64,000 bases of DNA from NCBI GenBank assembly GCA_051599415.1, contig AP039697.1, positions 62,001-126,000 of the forward strand. Direction: 5' to 3'. Source of the DNA: Savitreella phatthalungensis. Its lineage: Eukaryota. Below the pieces are notes generated by a model. That model was not told where the DNA came from. It was given only the letters and a program-made list of their open reading frames with translations, and ran no database searches. Position 1 is the first letter of the stretch. Each line of letters starts with the position of its first letter. This document shows positions 11,883-23,489 of the stretch, piece after piece. A program made the position numbers and the translations under genes.

Positions 11883-13034
11883 ATGGCTGATGAGTACGGA
11901 GACGACGCATTTGATTCGCTAGGTGCCGCAGCACTCGATCGCATTGAGGCAGCTTCTGGTCCCAAGTCTGGACCTCAAAGCTATCCAAAACAGCCTGTTC
12001 CTAACAAGCAACTCAGACCCGGCTTCAATGCAGTCATTGTCAATGAGCGACAGAAGGGCAATCCTGTGCTTGACGGAATCAAAAATGTTCCATGGGAGCA
12101 TGGAGACATCGAGCCTGATTATGTCCTCGGGGCAACGTGCTGCGCATTTTTCCTTTCCCTTCGCTACCACAAGCTCCATCCAGAGTACATCTACAGTCGC
12201 ATGTCGAAGCTCGGCAGGTCTCAATTCAGTCTACGAATCTTGCTAGTACTGTGCGATGTCGATAACCACGCCGATGCAATTAGAGAGCTTACCAAGACGA
12301 GCATTGTCAACAACTACACACTGATCATTGCGTGGTCCACGGCGGAAGCTGGACGGTATCTTGAGGCATACAAGGCATTGGAAGGTCAGCCGCCTACTAC
12401 GATTCGCGAACGTGTCTCCTATGCATATAGCGATCAAGTGACAGAGGCCATGACTTCCGTTCGCGCTGTCAACAAAAGCGATGCGTTGTCCCTCATAGGA
12501 ACATTCGGCTCGTTCGGCAAGAGCGCCAACGCATCGGCGGACGAGGTCGCCAACATACCAGGGTGGGGCCCACAGAAAGTGAAGAACTGGACAGCAGCAT
12601 GTCAGACGCCATTTCGCATCAAGACTGGCACTTCGCGGCAACAGCACGATGAACTCCTCCTCAGCCAAACACAGCCAAAGCAGCGGGAGAATCCACAATT
12701 CGCTCGCGGTGAGGATCACTCCATCTCAGCCGCCGAGCGAGAGATTCTGCGTCATCAAGGGAACGGGGCGGTCACTGCAGATAACAGCTCGGCTGCAGCA
12801 GGGGACAACTCAGGAGAACAGAGTCGCCCGGCAGCATTGTTCCTACCGGACGACGACACTACATTGCCTCTACCAGAGGTATCTATCGTCGAGGGAGGTG
12901 GCCAGGACGGAGCGTCTCGAGGCCTGGAGCAAGGCAGAAATGGTGCTGCCGCACGTGGGGCAATGGAGGAGGATGGAGAAGATGCTGGTGTCTTTGCGGC
13001 CCTTGCAAGGTTCCGTGCTGGCGGTGGGGCATAG
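11883..13034 (+). CDS. RAD10: DNA excision repair endonuclease non-catalytic subunit Rad10/ERCC1/Swi10
   Basis: Motifs RQKGNPVL, PDYVLG...FLSLRYHKLHPEYIYSR, AWSTAEAGRYLEAYK, and HhH region VNKSDA...IPGWGPQKVK; ATG at 11883. Confidence 0.95.
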   Translation: MADEYGDDAFDSLGAAALDRIEAASGPKSGPQSYPKQPVPNKQLRPGFNAVIVNERQKGNPVLDGIKNVPWEHGDIEPDYVLGATCCAFFLSLRYHKLHPEYIYSRMSKLGRSQFSLRILLVLCDVDNHADAIRELTKTSIVNNYTLIIAWSTAEAGRYLEAYKALEGQPPTTIRERVSYAYSDQVTEAMTSVRAVNKSDALSLIGTFGSFGKSANASADEVANIPGWGPQKVKNWTAACQTPFRIKTGTSRQQHDELLLSQTQPKQRENPQFARGEDHSISAAEREILRHQGNGAVTADNSSAAAGDNSGEQSRPAALFLPDDDTTLPLPEVSIVEGGGQDGASRGLEQGRNGAAARGAMEEDGEDAGVFAALARFRAGGGA

Positions 13035-13713
13035 ATGATATCCAAGACAATCAATTGTCCGATGTCGACAATGCTACACCAGATGGCTTTGCTGCTACGA
13101 CTGGCACATTGGACGGCATATCCGGGATCGAATTACTGGTTGTGAAAGAAGCCGATTTCGCGGTCCACATTCTGTGCAGCTGTCTTACATTCGATGATCG
13201 GCAAAGGCGAACTCAGGTCGACTACATGATGCCCATCGAATTACTGGATGTGCAAGCTGACTGAGCGTGGGGAGGAAGGCGGAGGGGGTGATTGACCGAG
13301 TGAGCTATAGTGAGTGGGGCCCTCCTATGAATCCACCCCGGACCCATCCAAAGCTCTCAGCACTAAGAAAAAGAGAAGGCGAGATCCATGCTCGATCAGA
13401 CTCAGACTCGCACAGGACAGGACAGGAATCTTCGGAGCGAATCGATATAACGATTGATGAAGGAGAATTCATGCAGGAAATGCCGAAGACCTCTGTGGAA
13501 TTTCCTAATCGGGCTTATGAGTCAAATTATACGTACAATCTATACTTGACTCATGATCACCACAGGCGTTCTCTCGAGCACCATCATCCAGTCCACTCTA
13601 CCATTCTTCTGACTTCTTAAAGCTCATCAGCTCGCCAAGCAAAGCCAAGTCAAGTCACATCAGACTCTGCGTCCAGGTCAATCGAAAGTAGTGAGCGATA
13701 TACGCAGGTCGAG

Positions 13714-14826
13714 ATGCTGCCGGACCCACTGCCTTCATTTCAGCACATAGAATTTCGACTTTCGAGGCCAGATGATTGTGAAGCGATCGTACAACTTCGC
13801 TGCGAAGCTCTCCGTGAGCCGCTCAATCCGTGGTTTGGCTCTACAAGTCTTCCGGCGCGACGTTCCACAACGACGCGCTTGAGGGCCAAGATTCTCGAGC
13901 TCGAAGCCAAGTCATGGCGGTGCCGCGATCGCATGATCTCAATCATCGATCATTCCCAGAAGGCACGAGAGGCCGCAGAGACACTTGTTGGCGTACCCGA
14001 TCACGATCTTTACGCACCACCGCCAGGATTTTCTCGAGTCCTCGGTCCGGGACGCGGGACGCTCGTGGGATTCTGCTACTATGCAATCGAGGTCAACGAT
14101 AGCTTGCTGCCCGGCCACGGCGAAGACATCGGTCTCGCTGACGGCGACACCACACAAAATTCGTTCAAGCAGAGTCATCCTCTTTTGTCGAGCGTTGAGG
14201 GGAGACTCTACGCACTGGAGGCGTCCGTACTGGAGTCTTTTTCCACGACAGGACAGATGCTCGGCAGCTTTGCAGCACGTCATTTACCCGATACCGTACC
14301 GGGCGGAAGCTACATGCGGGAGCTGGAATCCAGTCGCAAGGCTCATCGTGATGCGGTCGAGCGTCGTCGGGTAATGAATGAGAACATGGACTGGGCGCGT
14401 TGGCGAAACTTTGGAGGCACGATGCCGACGACAGACAGGTCACAGTACCCTCGGGAGCCACAGCACCTTTCGACTGAAGAAACCTTGCGTTGGCCTCCGT
14501 CTCCATCGGCTGAACAGCTTGCAGCCGACGTCCCAGACACACAACTCCCGGTGTACATCTACCTGCACATCCTATGTTTCGCAGACTCGAGCCAAGGTCA
14601 GGGATTAGGAGGCCACTGTCTATCGCATCTCGCCCGCATATCTCAGCATCTGAGCAACACGCTCCGGACTCCACCACCGCCAGTCTACCTCGAGTCGAGC
14701 CGACGCGGTGTCCAGGTGTACCTGAAGCGCGGCTTCAACTTTCTTCCCCACCCATGCCACATCCGAGATCCCGAGAATGGCGGAAAGCTGGTCGTCACAT
14801 TGCCCACGATGTTGTGGCAGCCGTAG
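13714..14826 (+). CDS. GNAT-family N-acetyltransferase with long internal insertions
   Basis: N-terminal FRLSRPDDCEAIVQL, acetyl-CoA motif A (YLHILCFADSSQGQGLGG), motif B (VYLESSRRGVQVYLKRGF). Confidence 0.7.
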   Translation: MLPDPLPSFQHIEFRLSRPDDCEAIVQLRCEALREPLNPWFGSTSLPARRSTTTRLRAKILELEAKSWRCRDRMISIIDHSQKAREAAETLVGVPDHDLYAPPPGFSRVLGPGRGTLVGFCYYAIEVNDSLLPGHGEDIGLADGDTTQNSFKQSHPLLSSVEGRLYALEASVLESFSTTGQMLGSFAARHLPDTVPGGSYMRELESSRKAHRDAVERRRVMNENMDWARWRNFGGTMPTTDRSQYPREPQHLSTEETLRWPPSPSAEQLAADVPDTQLPVYIYLHILCFADSSQGQGLGGHCLSHLARISQHLSNTLRTPPPPVYLESSRRGVQVYLKRGFNFLPHPCHIRDPENGGKLVVTLPTMLWQP

Positions 14827-14913
14827 AGGGATCACGAACACCATCACTTTTCAGACATAAATACCACATATATTCTGAAGACCGTGTGAGCGCGTGTGCA
14901 CGAAAGACTATAA

Positions 14914-16872
14914 TTACCTCTTGTACGTCGTGCCGGCGTCCAGCCTGACGGACTTGACAGTGCGGGCATTGATACCAGTTTTCTCTCCTGCGTAGGAGGA
15001 TCCAGTGTGCGATCCCTTAAAGATGGCCTTCTGAGAGCCGAGTTTCTTCTGAGCTGCCTCGTAACGCTTTCTCTTCTTGACTCTGGCATTGCGATTTTCT
15101 TTCGGTCGGCGTTTAGCGGCATCTGTGCCCTTGTTGGTGGCAATGTCACGACCAATCTTGCGCTTGGCGGCCTCGCCATCGCCATCAATCTCCGCAAGCT
15201 TGTAGCCTGCTCGCTCGGCACGCATTGCCGCCCGCTCGCTGTCGTGGTCTGCCTTGCGTGCTGCCTTCTTGTCACGCGCGGCGTTGGCGACGGTGGTGTA
15301 GTAGTCATTGTCGTCGTACAGGTCGTCGTCATCATGGTGGTTCGTTCGGCGAGAAGGCTCGACATCATCGAGGTCGTCGCCGCCTGCACCGCCGAGGCCT
15401 TGAGATGCACGACGCTGAGCTTCTGCCGCCATGCGAAGCTCGCGCTCCTTCCGGCGCTCTCGGTACGGGACGTCTGCGTCGCCGGAATGGGCTGCCACAC
15501 GTGCACGCTTCCCGGCCTTCGAGGCGATCTTTGCGGCGTGGAAGCGCAGAGAGCGCTTCCGTGCCTGGGATTCCTCGGCGTCAAGTGCATCAGCCTCAGC
15601 ATCACCCCGATCACTCGTTCGTTTGGATTTCGACACCCGCCGACCGTCCTTGATCTTGCGAAGAGAGGCAAGGGTTGCATCGATATCGTCCTCGTCGTCA
15701 CTTTCTTCGACAGGAGCGAAGGAGACGTGCTTAGGCGGATTCACAAGAGGATCTGAGTGCTTGGTGCTCGGGCGCTTCCGCTTCTTTGAGGACGAGGTCG
15801 TGGGAACGGCGACCTCCGAGCTGACTGGTACGTCCTGGATCGACTCAGCGTCGCTGGCATTCTCATCAATGACCAGGTCAGCTACACGGTTCCAGGCCTC
15901 CCGACACTGGACAAGCGTCACCATCATTTCGTGCTCGCGAACTGGCCCCTCACGTGCCGCTGGCTGTGTGAGATAATAGAAGTAGAAAGCGAGAACTGAG
16001 AGGTAGCTTCGAGCCGCCTCGGACTTGAGTGATATGAGCTTGAGTTGAGGATGATTGGGTCGCGCGAGTTGAAGAGCCTCGAGCGCTTGCAGGGAAGGAG
16101 AGACACGCTGGAACTCTGCGGCGAAGGCTTCAAATTCGGGATGGCGGGTAAGGAAAATGCGCTGTTGTTCATCGGTGGGGAGAGTCAAAAGAGTCTCCTG
16201 AGATATTTTCGTGAACGCGTCCTCCTGTGCGCTTCTCTGCCCAATTAGCATATCTTCTTCTTCGTCGTCGCTGACGCCACCGTCGCGCCAACCTTCCAGG
16301 CTGTCGACAGCGTAGGCCGACTCATCCAATTTAGCCAACGCAGCCTTCTGTATCCGGATCGCCTCCTGCTCCTCGGCCTTGAGCTCGTCATCGTCCTCGA
16401 GATTGTCATTGTTGTAGTATTCACCTTTGCGATCTCCCCACCCCTCAAGTCCTTCGCGCTCTGCTTGTGCTCGGCGACGTTCGATCTGATCTGGATCCAG
16501 ATCGTCCTCGTCTTCTTCTTGCTCCACTTCGTCGTCGTCGTCCTCGTCTTCCTGGAAGTCATCTTCATCGTCTTCATCCTCTGAGTCATCGTCGCCGGGA
16601 ATGCGCATCACTTCTTCATCGCTGAATTCAGCGTCGTCATCAGTACGTCCACGCATACGGTTGTCCCTGCGGGTTCCATCGAGGAGGATTTTGTCTTGCT
16701 TTGCCTCGAAAGCATCGATCTCTTCATCGTCACTTCCTGCGACATCTGCATAGGTTCTGACAGCCGATCTCTTTCCTGCGTTACGATCCTCAAATCCAGA
16801 CTGGGCGGAGGACGAAGCAGCGGCGGCGGCGGCGGAAGTCGAGCCGCGAGATGACTTCCTGCGCGCCATCAC
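14914..16872 (-). CDS. SAS10: SSU processome component Sas10/Utp3
   Basis: Acidic N-terminus, GWG...YY motif, C-terminal Sas10 domain KRKIGRDIATNKG...RNARVKKRKRYEAAQKKL...YAGEKTGINARTVKSVRL. Confidence 0.93.
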   Translation of the reverse strand: MMARRKSSRGSTSAAAAAASSSAQSGFEDRNAGKRSAVRTYADVAGSDDEEIDAFEAKQDKILLDGTRRDNRMRGRTDDDAEFSDEEVMRIPGDDDSEDEDDEDDFQEDEDDDDEVEQEEDEDDLDPDQIERRRAQAEREGLEGWGDRKGEYYNNDNLEDDDELKAEEQEAIRIQKAALAKLDESAYAVDSLEGWRDGGVSDDEEEDMLIGQRSAQEDAFTKISQETLLTLPTDEQQRIFLTRHPEFEAFAAEFQRVSPSLQALEALQLARPNHPQLKLISLKSEAARSYLSVLAFYFYYLTQPAAREGPVREHEMMVTLVQCREAWNRVADLVIDENASDAESIQDVPVSSEVAVPTTSSSKKRKRPSTKHSDPLVNPPKHVSFAPVEESDDEDDIDATLASLRKIKDGRRVSKSKRTSDRGDAEADALDAEESQARKRSLRFHAAKIASKAGKRARVAAHSGDADVPYRERRKERELRMAAEAQRRASQGLGGAGGDDLDDVEPSRRTNHHDDDDLYDDNDYYTTVANAARDKKAARKADHDSERAAMRAERAGYKLAEIDGDGEAAKRKIGRDIATNKGTDAAKRRPKENRNARVKKRKRYEAAQKKLGSQKAIFKGSHTGSSYAGEKTGINARTVKSVRLDAGTTYKR

Positions 16873-18114
16873 TGGGCGAGAAGGTACGAAAGGTTGTAAA
16901 AGACTTGTTCGATAATGACCTCAGTGCTTAGATGGCCATCTGCAGAGTACAAAGTGATTGCGGCGTCTGTGTACACACTTCCGTGTGTATGTGTGTGCCT
17001 GGAGTCTGTCGTTGGCAATGAGATAAATTGATCCACAATTGGTACAAGATACGTACTCGATCGATCTGAAATCATTTGTGAATATGATCGATCCAATCAC
17101 GTGCTGTTCGAGTCAGCAAAAATATAATTTGCATATGCACAGAAACTGGTTAGGATATGATTCGAGTCTGCAACAAATAATGTATTAACTCGATCTAAAC
17201 AATTATGAGATTGGATTATCTCTAAATTCAGTGAGCTGCGCAGTAACGATATTAATACAAATTCGTCTCCGTATATGCTAGCTTCTACCATAGCAATCCA
17301 ACGCTCTCCACCAAGAGATTCAGATGGAATGGATGAACTAATATAGCGCAGTCACTCAGTCAGAGAACGTAGTCAGTGAGGCTAGTCAGGCACTTGGTCA
17401 AGTCGTAGACGTGGATGGTAAAAGACACGCGCACAGGCTTTCTCTTCGTGTTTGTCGCTTTACAAAGCTTGTAAATGTCCAGCCATCCAGCTGCATGTAT
17501 GCCCTTGCACCTCCAACTCCACCTGCGACTTTTCAGTTGTGCTCTTTCCAAATTTCCCACTTTCACTCCATCTTGCATCTGAATCAGTCATTGTGAATCT
17601 AATGTTTCATAAATTCAGATAATTTAGATTCAGTTGCATGCACCTAGCTAGGCTAGCTGTCGAGATAGCTATTGAAACGCGATAAGATTCATTCAAGCGA
17701 GATCACATCGGCATGCATACATACAAGCACGCGTGCGTGCTACTCAACTGTTCACTTGAGTCACTCACGCAGACTTGTGAGATACAGTAATTAACCGCTC
17801 CACAACCACAACCACAACCACAACCACCATCACCACTACCCAGCAACCCTCGAGAGATACTGTCTTCCTTTACAGCTCTGCGGTTCCCTCACTCAGGTGA
17901 CCTCGTCTGCTGACTCAGGCAATTACTCATCGCCTCTTTGACATTGAGAAATCTTTCCTGCAAAGCACCACCTGCCCTGATCTACATCTCCGACTCTGTC
18001 GCCTAAACATACCTGCCCAACGGCTTCATCGGCTCTGCATACCGCAAGCCTAAGCCTGAGCCTTGTTGGGAAGACGAGTCCTTACGGATCTACAACCCCC
18101 GTTCCAACACATTG

Positions 18115-19209
18115 ATGACATTTCTTTCGCTGGCCGAGATTGTGCACGCTATCACTAGACCAGCGTCTAACACATCCTTCCTCATCACCGTCATCCTTGC
18201 CAGTATATCAACAGCGATGGTTCTAGGCTGGCTGCTTCCGCGTGCAAAGCCAGACTACCGCGGCAAGCATGTCGTCGTCACGGGCGGCAGTCAGGGCATG
18301 GGCAAATCCGTGGCTGCAGAGTTCATCAGGCGTGGTGCTCACGTCACAATTCTCGCCCGGACACAGAAAACTCTAGATGAGGCTCATGCTGAGCTGAAGC
18401 AGCTCGCAGACTCGCTCGCGTCAAAGAACGGAAAGGTAGCAGCATCACCTTCGCTAGACAGGCTCACGCCACAAAGAGTCCAGGCGTATTCCTGCGACTG
18501 TTCCAATCTCGAGCAGGTAAAGAATGCTCTGGAGCAGGCAGGCACGCCTGACGTGCTCTTCTGCTGTGCCGGAACTGCGCACCCTGGATTCTTCCTCGAG
18601 CTCACCACAGAACAGCTGACGAAGCCGATGCATTCGAACTACGATTCAGCAGTCATCTGCGCCCACACAGCCGTCAAGATGATGCTGAAGGAGCCTTCGA
18701 GAGATGCCAAGTTTCAACGCAAGATCGTCTTCACCTCTACCGTCGCTGCCTTCCTCGGCCTGGTCGGTTACGACGCTTACGCCCCAACAAAAGCTGCCAT
18801 TCGCAATCTGGCAGATACGTTGAGGCAGGAGTTTTTGATGTACAATATCTCTGTACACTGTGTATTTCCCGCGACTATCTACTCCCCGAGCTTCGTTCAC
18901 GAGCAGGAAATCAAGCCCGAGCTCCTCAAGATCCTCGAGGAAGGCGACTCTGGTCAGACGCCCGACCAGGTGGCAAGAGCTGCGATCAAGGGTCTTGGCA
19001 GGGGTTATCACCACATCCCAACTGAATGGCAAGGTGATCTACTTCGTACCAATATGCAGGGTCCATCACCCAGCAACAATGTCATCCTGGACGCATTCAA
19101 GGGCTTTGCTGCCAGAATTGCGCTGCCGTTCATCATCATGGATCAGGATAGTAAAGTGCGGAAGTATGGAAGACAGCACAAGATTGCTGAGCGTCATGCG
19201 CAACTCTAG
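18115..19209 (+). CDS. TSC10: 3-ketodihydrosphingosine reductase (SDR)
   Basis: TGGSQGMG, DVLFCCAGTAHPGFF, GYDAYAPTKAAIRNLADTLRQE, FPATIYSPSFVHEQEIKPEL. Confidence 0.9.
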   Translation: MTFLSLAEIVHAITRPASNTSFLITVILASISTAMVLGWLLPRAKPDYRGKHVVVTGGSQGMGKSVAAEFIRRGAHVTILARTQKTLDEAHAELKQLADSLASKNGKVAASPSLDRLTPQRVQAYSCDCSNLEQVKNALEQAGTPDVLFCCAGTAHPGFFLELTTEQLTKPMHSNYDSAVICAHTAVKMMLKEPSRDAKFQRKIVFTSTVAAFLGLVGYDAYAPTKAAIRNLADTLRQEFLMYNISVHCVFPATIYSPSFVHEQEIKPELLKILEEGDSGQTPDQVARAAIKGLGRGYHHIPTEWQGDLLRTNMQGPSPSNNVILDAFKGFAARIALPFIIMDQDSKVRKYGRQHKIAERHAQL

Positions 19210-20232
19210 TACGTTCACGTGAATAGAAGTATACATCGACCTCCCTGTACCAGTATCTCTGATTATATCATGTATACCTCCACGTCCACATTGACCACAG
19301 CATAGTTTCCTGGGCTCTATTCTAATGTTACAGAGCACCTGGTCGTGCATCCTTCATGTACACGTGTATTCCTAGCATTTCCTCACTCAAGTGAAGTTCT
19401 GATCTAGACTCTGTATACTCAGTTGTGCAATGATCATTCACCATGCAATTCATATAAAACCTGCGGGCATGTATGCAATTTGAAAATGTGAATTCAGTAT
19501 TGACTAAAAGTCTTTGACTTGATCCAAATCCCTTTTGAGAATTGCAAAAATGTTTTATGCATATACACGCCGAGTATATGGTGGATTCGATCACTAGCAG
19601 AACGAGGCAGAAGAAGAAGAGGAAGAAGATGAGGCGGAGAAGGAAAAGGAGGAACACTGGAAGAGACTGACATGTGACGTCGGCATTTCTACACAGAATT
19701 TAAATTGCTATATATACATATGCATGCATATCACGCCCTCCCGGAATCTCGGATCCCCCCCCGCCCCTCTCCAGGTTTTATTTAAGCAAGCAAATAAAGG
19801 GTTCGTACATGAGTATGAGTATACTGTACGCACCTACGTATGCACAATTGAATTGAATAAACATATGCACGTACGTACATAAATACTTGACCAGGCTATT
19901 CCAAACACTCCTAGCTCATTATACTGCTCTGTATACCATCATCACATACATACATCCACCATCATCATATACATCCACCACCATCTTCCCCCGTCACAGT
20001 CACCTCGCATCTCTATTCACCACACAAGCTAGCACATAGCTGGTAGGCAGTACCGTATTGGTTCATCAGGTTACGTCAATAGCGCAGAACAGTCTAGCGC
20101 AGCTCGTTTGCGCACCTCACTCTCTAACAGACTGCTTGTACAGGAAGAACTCCAGGCGCAGCACCAAATCATGTCCTTATAATCGCTCACTTCCTTCAAC
20201 CGCATTCTCCACACTCGCATACTGTACAAGCG

Positions 20233-22617
20233 ATGTCTATGCCCGATGAATCAGGTGCCGCAGGCGGAAAACCGTCCTCCGACCACACACCTGCTTTGCT
20301 CTTAGTCTTCCTCAACCTCTTCAGGCTCATCTCTGACGTCTTCATTCACTACAAGCGAAGGCTTGACAAGCGCCTTCGTCCAGTGCGCGTACTATCTAGA
20401 GCGCTCGACAGTGCTGAAGACTTCAACCAATGGGAAGACATTGCAGAGCGTCTAGACGAAGAACTCGGAAACGACGTCTGGCGGAGAAACTCTGCATCGC
20501 GCAGATACGACCACAAAGTCATCTTCCAGCGCTTACAAAAGCTGCGCAATGCACGTGTTGTCGATGACACCACCCAGCTCACATACCTGCTTCGCACAGG
20601 GTTGCTTCGTAACCTGGCCAACATTGCTGACAAGGAACTCTTCAACAGATCCTACCTTGGCACAAAGTTCCTCATTGGTGAGTACGTAACAGAAGTCATG
20701 CATTGCCTCGAGCACATCGCAGCTCTCCCAGCTCAGCGCCTCTCCCAGGAAGCCAAGCTCCAATTCTTCCGAGACACAAAGCACAGCTACGGCTTGACAT
20801 GCTTGGTACTCCAGGGAGGTGCCGCTTTCGGTCTCTTCCACATCGGCATCGTCAAAGCACTTTGGCAGCAAGGACTTTTGCCGACAGTCTTGAGTGGCAA
20901 CGCCATTGGATCACTCGTTGCTGCTCAAGTCTGCTCGGCCACTGATGACGAGCTTTCTTATCTACTGGCGGACGATCACGCGTACGATCTTCGCGCTTTT
21001 GAGAAGCGACGAAAAGGTCAGACACTACGCAAGCTCAAACGATTCTGGAAGCAGGGCTTTTTGCTTGACATCTCTGTCCTGGCGGAATGCTGCAGAGACA
21101 ATCTAGGAGACATCACATTCGAAGAAGCCTTCAAGAGAAGTAATCGTGTCCTGAACATTGCCATCCACTCCACCACATCACAGCAGCAGCCTTCCCTTTT
21201 GAATTACCTGACCGCACCAAATGTGCTGATCTGGACTGCCGCGCTCGCATCTAACGCGTTGCCCGGCCTCTATGAGCCAGTCGAGCTTCTTTGTCGCGAT
21301 AGCGATGGCGAGATTGTGCCGTGGGCGCCAATGCATGGCGTTCGCTACACAGCTGCATCGACGGGTACACCCTACGAGCGCGTCAGTGAACTGTTCAACG
21401 TCAACAACTTCATCATATCCCAAGCACGACCTTACTTAGTTCCCTTTCTCTCGCAGCCACTCCACAGACGTGGCGCAGGTACTGTCACCAGCCGCATCCT
21501 CAAGGTCCTAGCACTCGAGCTCGAGCACCGCATCTCACAACTCGCCACCATCGGCCTCGTTCCCTTCGGTACGAGACTCTGGGTGCGGAACAATTTGAAG
21601 TTGCCACGATCAGAACTTACACTCGTCCCGCCAGACCTCGGCCTGCGCGATTTCTTCTCCCTTCTTCGTGCTCCCAGCTACTCGGACGTGAGTTACTGGT
21701 CTCACAAAGGTGAACGAGCCGTGTGGCCTGCCATGGGCCTCCTGCGTGTTCGCATGCTGGTCGAGGTAACGCTGCGTGAGTGCTTCGAAGATTTGAGGCA
21801 TAAAGAGGCACTGGCCGCCGCCGACACTCACACCACTCAACCCGGTGGTCGCGTACATGCAGCAACTGTCAGCACTGGCAACGGCCCCCCGTCTGCGACC
21901 ATCTCGGCCCTCGGACGTGGCGATATCTCGGCAGTCGCAGCTCGATACAGGCAAGCTGCAATGAATGCTCAGACAGGCTCTTTCCTTGCACAGCAGCGAG
22001 AGCTCATGGCCTCTCCAGCATCCGCTACCAACCCACAGCCTCATCTGCCCCAGCAGCAGCAAGTTCAAGGACTAGCTCGCAGTCGAGGTATCGTGACGGG
22101 CACAAGCGTAGCAAGCCAGCCACAGGTCCAGGTGAGAAGCTCGCCGATGGCTCTTCCAGCAGAAGCTGTCCGTCAGAACGCTCTCTCTGCAAGCGGCAAG
22201 ACGCCGGCCCGCGAGACGCCAACGCACCATACAGAGGCACCAATGACCGCTCCGCTGCCTCAATTCCGCGACGTGTGGTTGACACCTGCCTCGGAGAAGT
22301 CCACACCTAGTGAGGCTTCTTCTGCCACCCGATCTCGGCCCGCCACGGGCACCACCGCAACCCGTCGATCGCGCCAGAACTCTACCTCGACACACAGCAG
22401 CGTGTCTGCAGGCACGCGTACCCGCACAGCTGAGCCGTCCGAGTCATCTGAGCCAAGTGTCGATGGCAACGATACCTCGTCTCAAACATCACGAGCCGCA
22501 CGGCGATCACTCGATGGAGCACCAGTCTCACGTCAGCGGCAGGAATCACCAACTACCGCTGTTGCAGCACGCCGTCTATCCCGCGGCGCCACTCCGTCTG
22601 TACAACCTGATGCATAG
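20233..22617 (+). CDS. TGL3: Patatin-domain triacylglycerol lipase family protein (Tgl3-like) with disordered C-terminal tail
   Basis: N-terminal domain (WEDIAERLDEELGNDVWR), LVLQGGAAFGLFHIG, LGDITFEEAFKRSNRVLNI, LLNYLTAPNVLIWTA, SELFNVNNFIISQARPY. The nucleophile elbow reads GNAIG. Confidence 0.85.
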   Translation: MSMPDESGAAGGKPSSDHTPALLLVFLNLFRLISDVFIHYKRRLDKRLRPVRVLSRALDSAEDFNQWEDIAERLDEELGNDVWRRNSASRRYDHKVIFQRLQKLRNARVVDDTTQLTYLLRTGLLRNLANIADKELFNRSYLGTKFLIGEYVTEVMHCLEHIAALPAQRLSQEAKLQFFRDTKHSYGLTCLVLQGGAAFGLFHIGIVKALWQQGLLPTVLSGNAIGSLVAAQVCSATDDELSYLLADDHAYDLRAFEKRRKGQTLRKLKRFWKQGFLLDISVLAECCRDNLGDITFEEAFKRSNRVLNIAIHSTTSQQQPSLLNYLTAPNVLIWTAALASNALPGLYEPVELLCRDSDGEIVPWAPMHGVRYTAASTGTPYERVSELFNVNNFIISQARPYLVPFLSQPLHRRGAGTVTSRILKVLALELEHRISQLATIGLVPFGTRLWVRNNLKLPRSELTLVPPDLGLRDFFSLLRAPSYSDVSYWSHKGERAVWPAMGLLRVRMLVEVTLRECFEDLRHKEALAAADTHTTQPGGRVHAATVSTGNGPPSATISALGRGDISAVAARYRQAAMNAQTGSFLAQQRELMASPASATNPQPHLPQQQQVQGLARSRGIVTGTSVASQPQVQVRSSPMALPAEAVRQNALSASGKTPARETPTHHTEAPMTAPLPQFRDVWLTPASEKSTPSEASSATRSRPATGTTATRRSRQNSTSTHSSVSAGTRTRTAEPSESSEPSVDGNDTSSQTSRAARRSLDGAPVSRQRQESPTTAVAARRLSRGATPSVQPDA

Positions 22618-22694
22618 CGTAATCTAGCATATCTGTCTATCAGTGCTCCTTGACGTACGTCTCTGACCTGCTTCCCAATCCGATCCTGCGACCT

Positions 22695-23297
22695 CTACAA
22701 TCCGGAAGCTGTCGCAAGCGTGGCAACCCACAAACCGACCTCGACAAGTTTGAGCGTTACCAGAGTTCTCGTGGTCGACCACGCTGCCATGTAATCTCCG
22801 ATACCAGGGAGATCCTTCATGGAGTCTGGCGCGATATACCTTGCCAAACCCTGATCCTTTGTCCTTTCCACCTTCGATCCATCTGCCTTCTCCTTCTCCT
22901 CCCTCGCCGTGCGTTTCCAATACGCCTGCATCACAAACCACGCTGCTCCCGCCACGACCACATTCACGACCGCCACACCCACCACCCCTACACCTGCGTC
23001 TCCCCTACCGCTCGGAACGAGCCCAGCGAACGTGCCGCCCGTCGACGCCGACAGGTACATGAGGTACGCTGTGGACGCGAGATTGACGAGGGACGATACG
23101 ATACCGAGGGCTTGAGTCTTTTGTGTCTCTGCGAGATCTGAGGCCGCAGTCGACGACCACTTGGCAGCCTGCCTTGAAATCCAGTCGTACCCTTGCAGCT
23201 TCCTAACCGCCCTCCCGCTCAGCCACAACCCATACACCCCGGACCCAAGCTGCGCCAGCCGCAACACCGGTGTCAACCCACGCAGGACTTCAGTCAT
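22695..23297 (-). CDS. Small multi-pass membrane protein, unknown function
   Basis: 200-aa ATG ORF with 3-4 hydrophobic stretches, convergent with the TGL3-like gene. Confidence 0.65.
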   Translation of the reverse strand: MTEVLRGLTPVLRLAQLGSGVYGLWLSGRAVRKLQGYDWISRQAAKWSSTAASDLAETQKTQALGIVSSLVNLASTAYLMYLSASTGGTFAGLVPSGRGDAGVGVVGVAVVNVVVAGAAWFVMQAYWKRTAREEKEKADGSKVERTKDQGLARYIAPDSMKDLPGIGDYMAAWSTTRTLVTLKLVEVGLWVATLATASGL

Positions 23298-23489
23298 CCT
23301 CGCTGTCGCTATTGATGCTCAAGCACGAGATACTCCGCGATGTGATTGAGCGTAGTGAAGAAGCTCTTGTAAATTCTTGCATTAGCGTACCCGCCTCTGT
23401 TCTATGACGTCGATATCGCTCCGAAGCCTGAGACGCTCAATTGAACTTTCAATCACGCGCCGGCTCCACTCAGTACTGAGTAACTCGTG

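Noticed and set aside
14844..15976. Long alternative-frame and antisense ORFs over SAS10 (14844..15701, 15007..15756, 15431..15976)
   Set aside because: Shadows of a GC-rich, codon-biased real gene; no motifs of their own.
4460..22617. Apparent lipid gene grouping (IFA38, TSC10, TGL3-like)
   Set aside because: Interspersed with unrelated housekeeping genes over 18 kb; chance in a gene-dense genome is sufficient.
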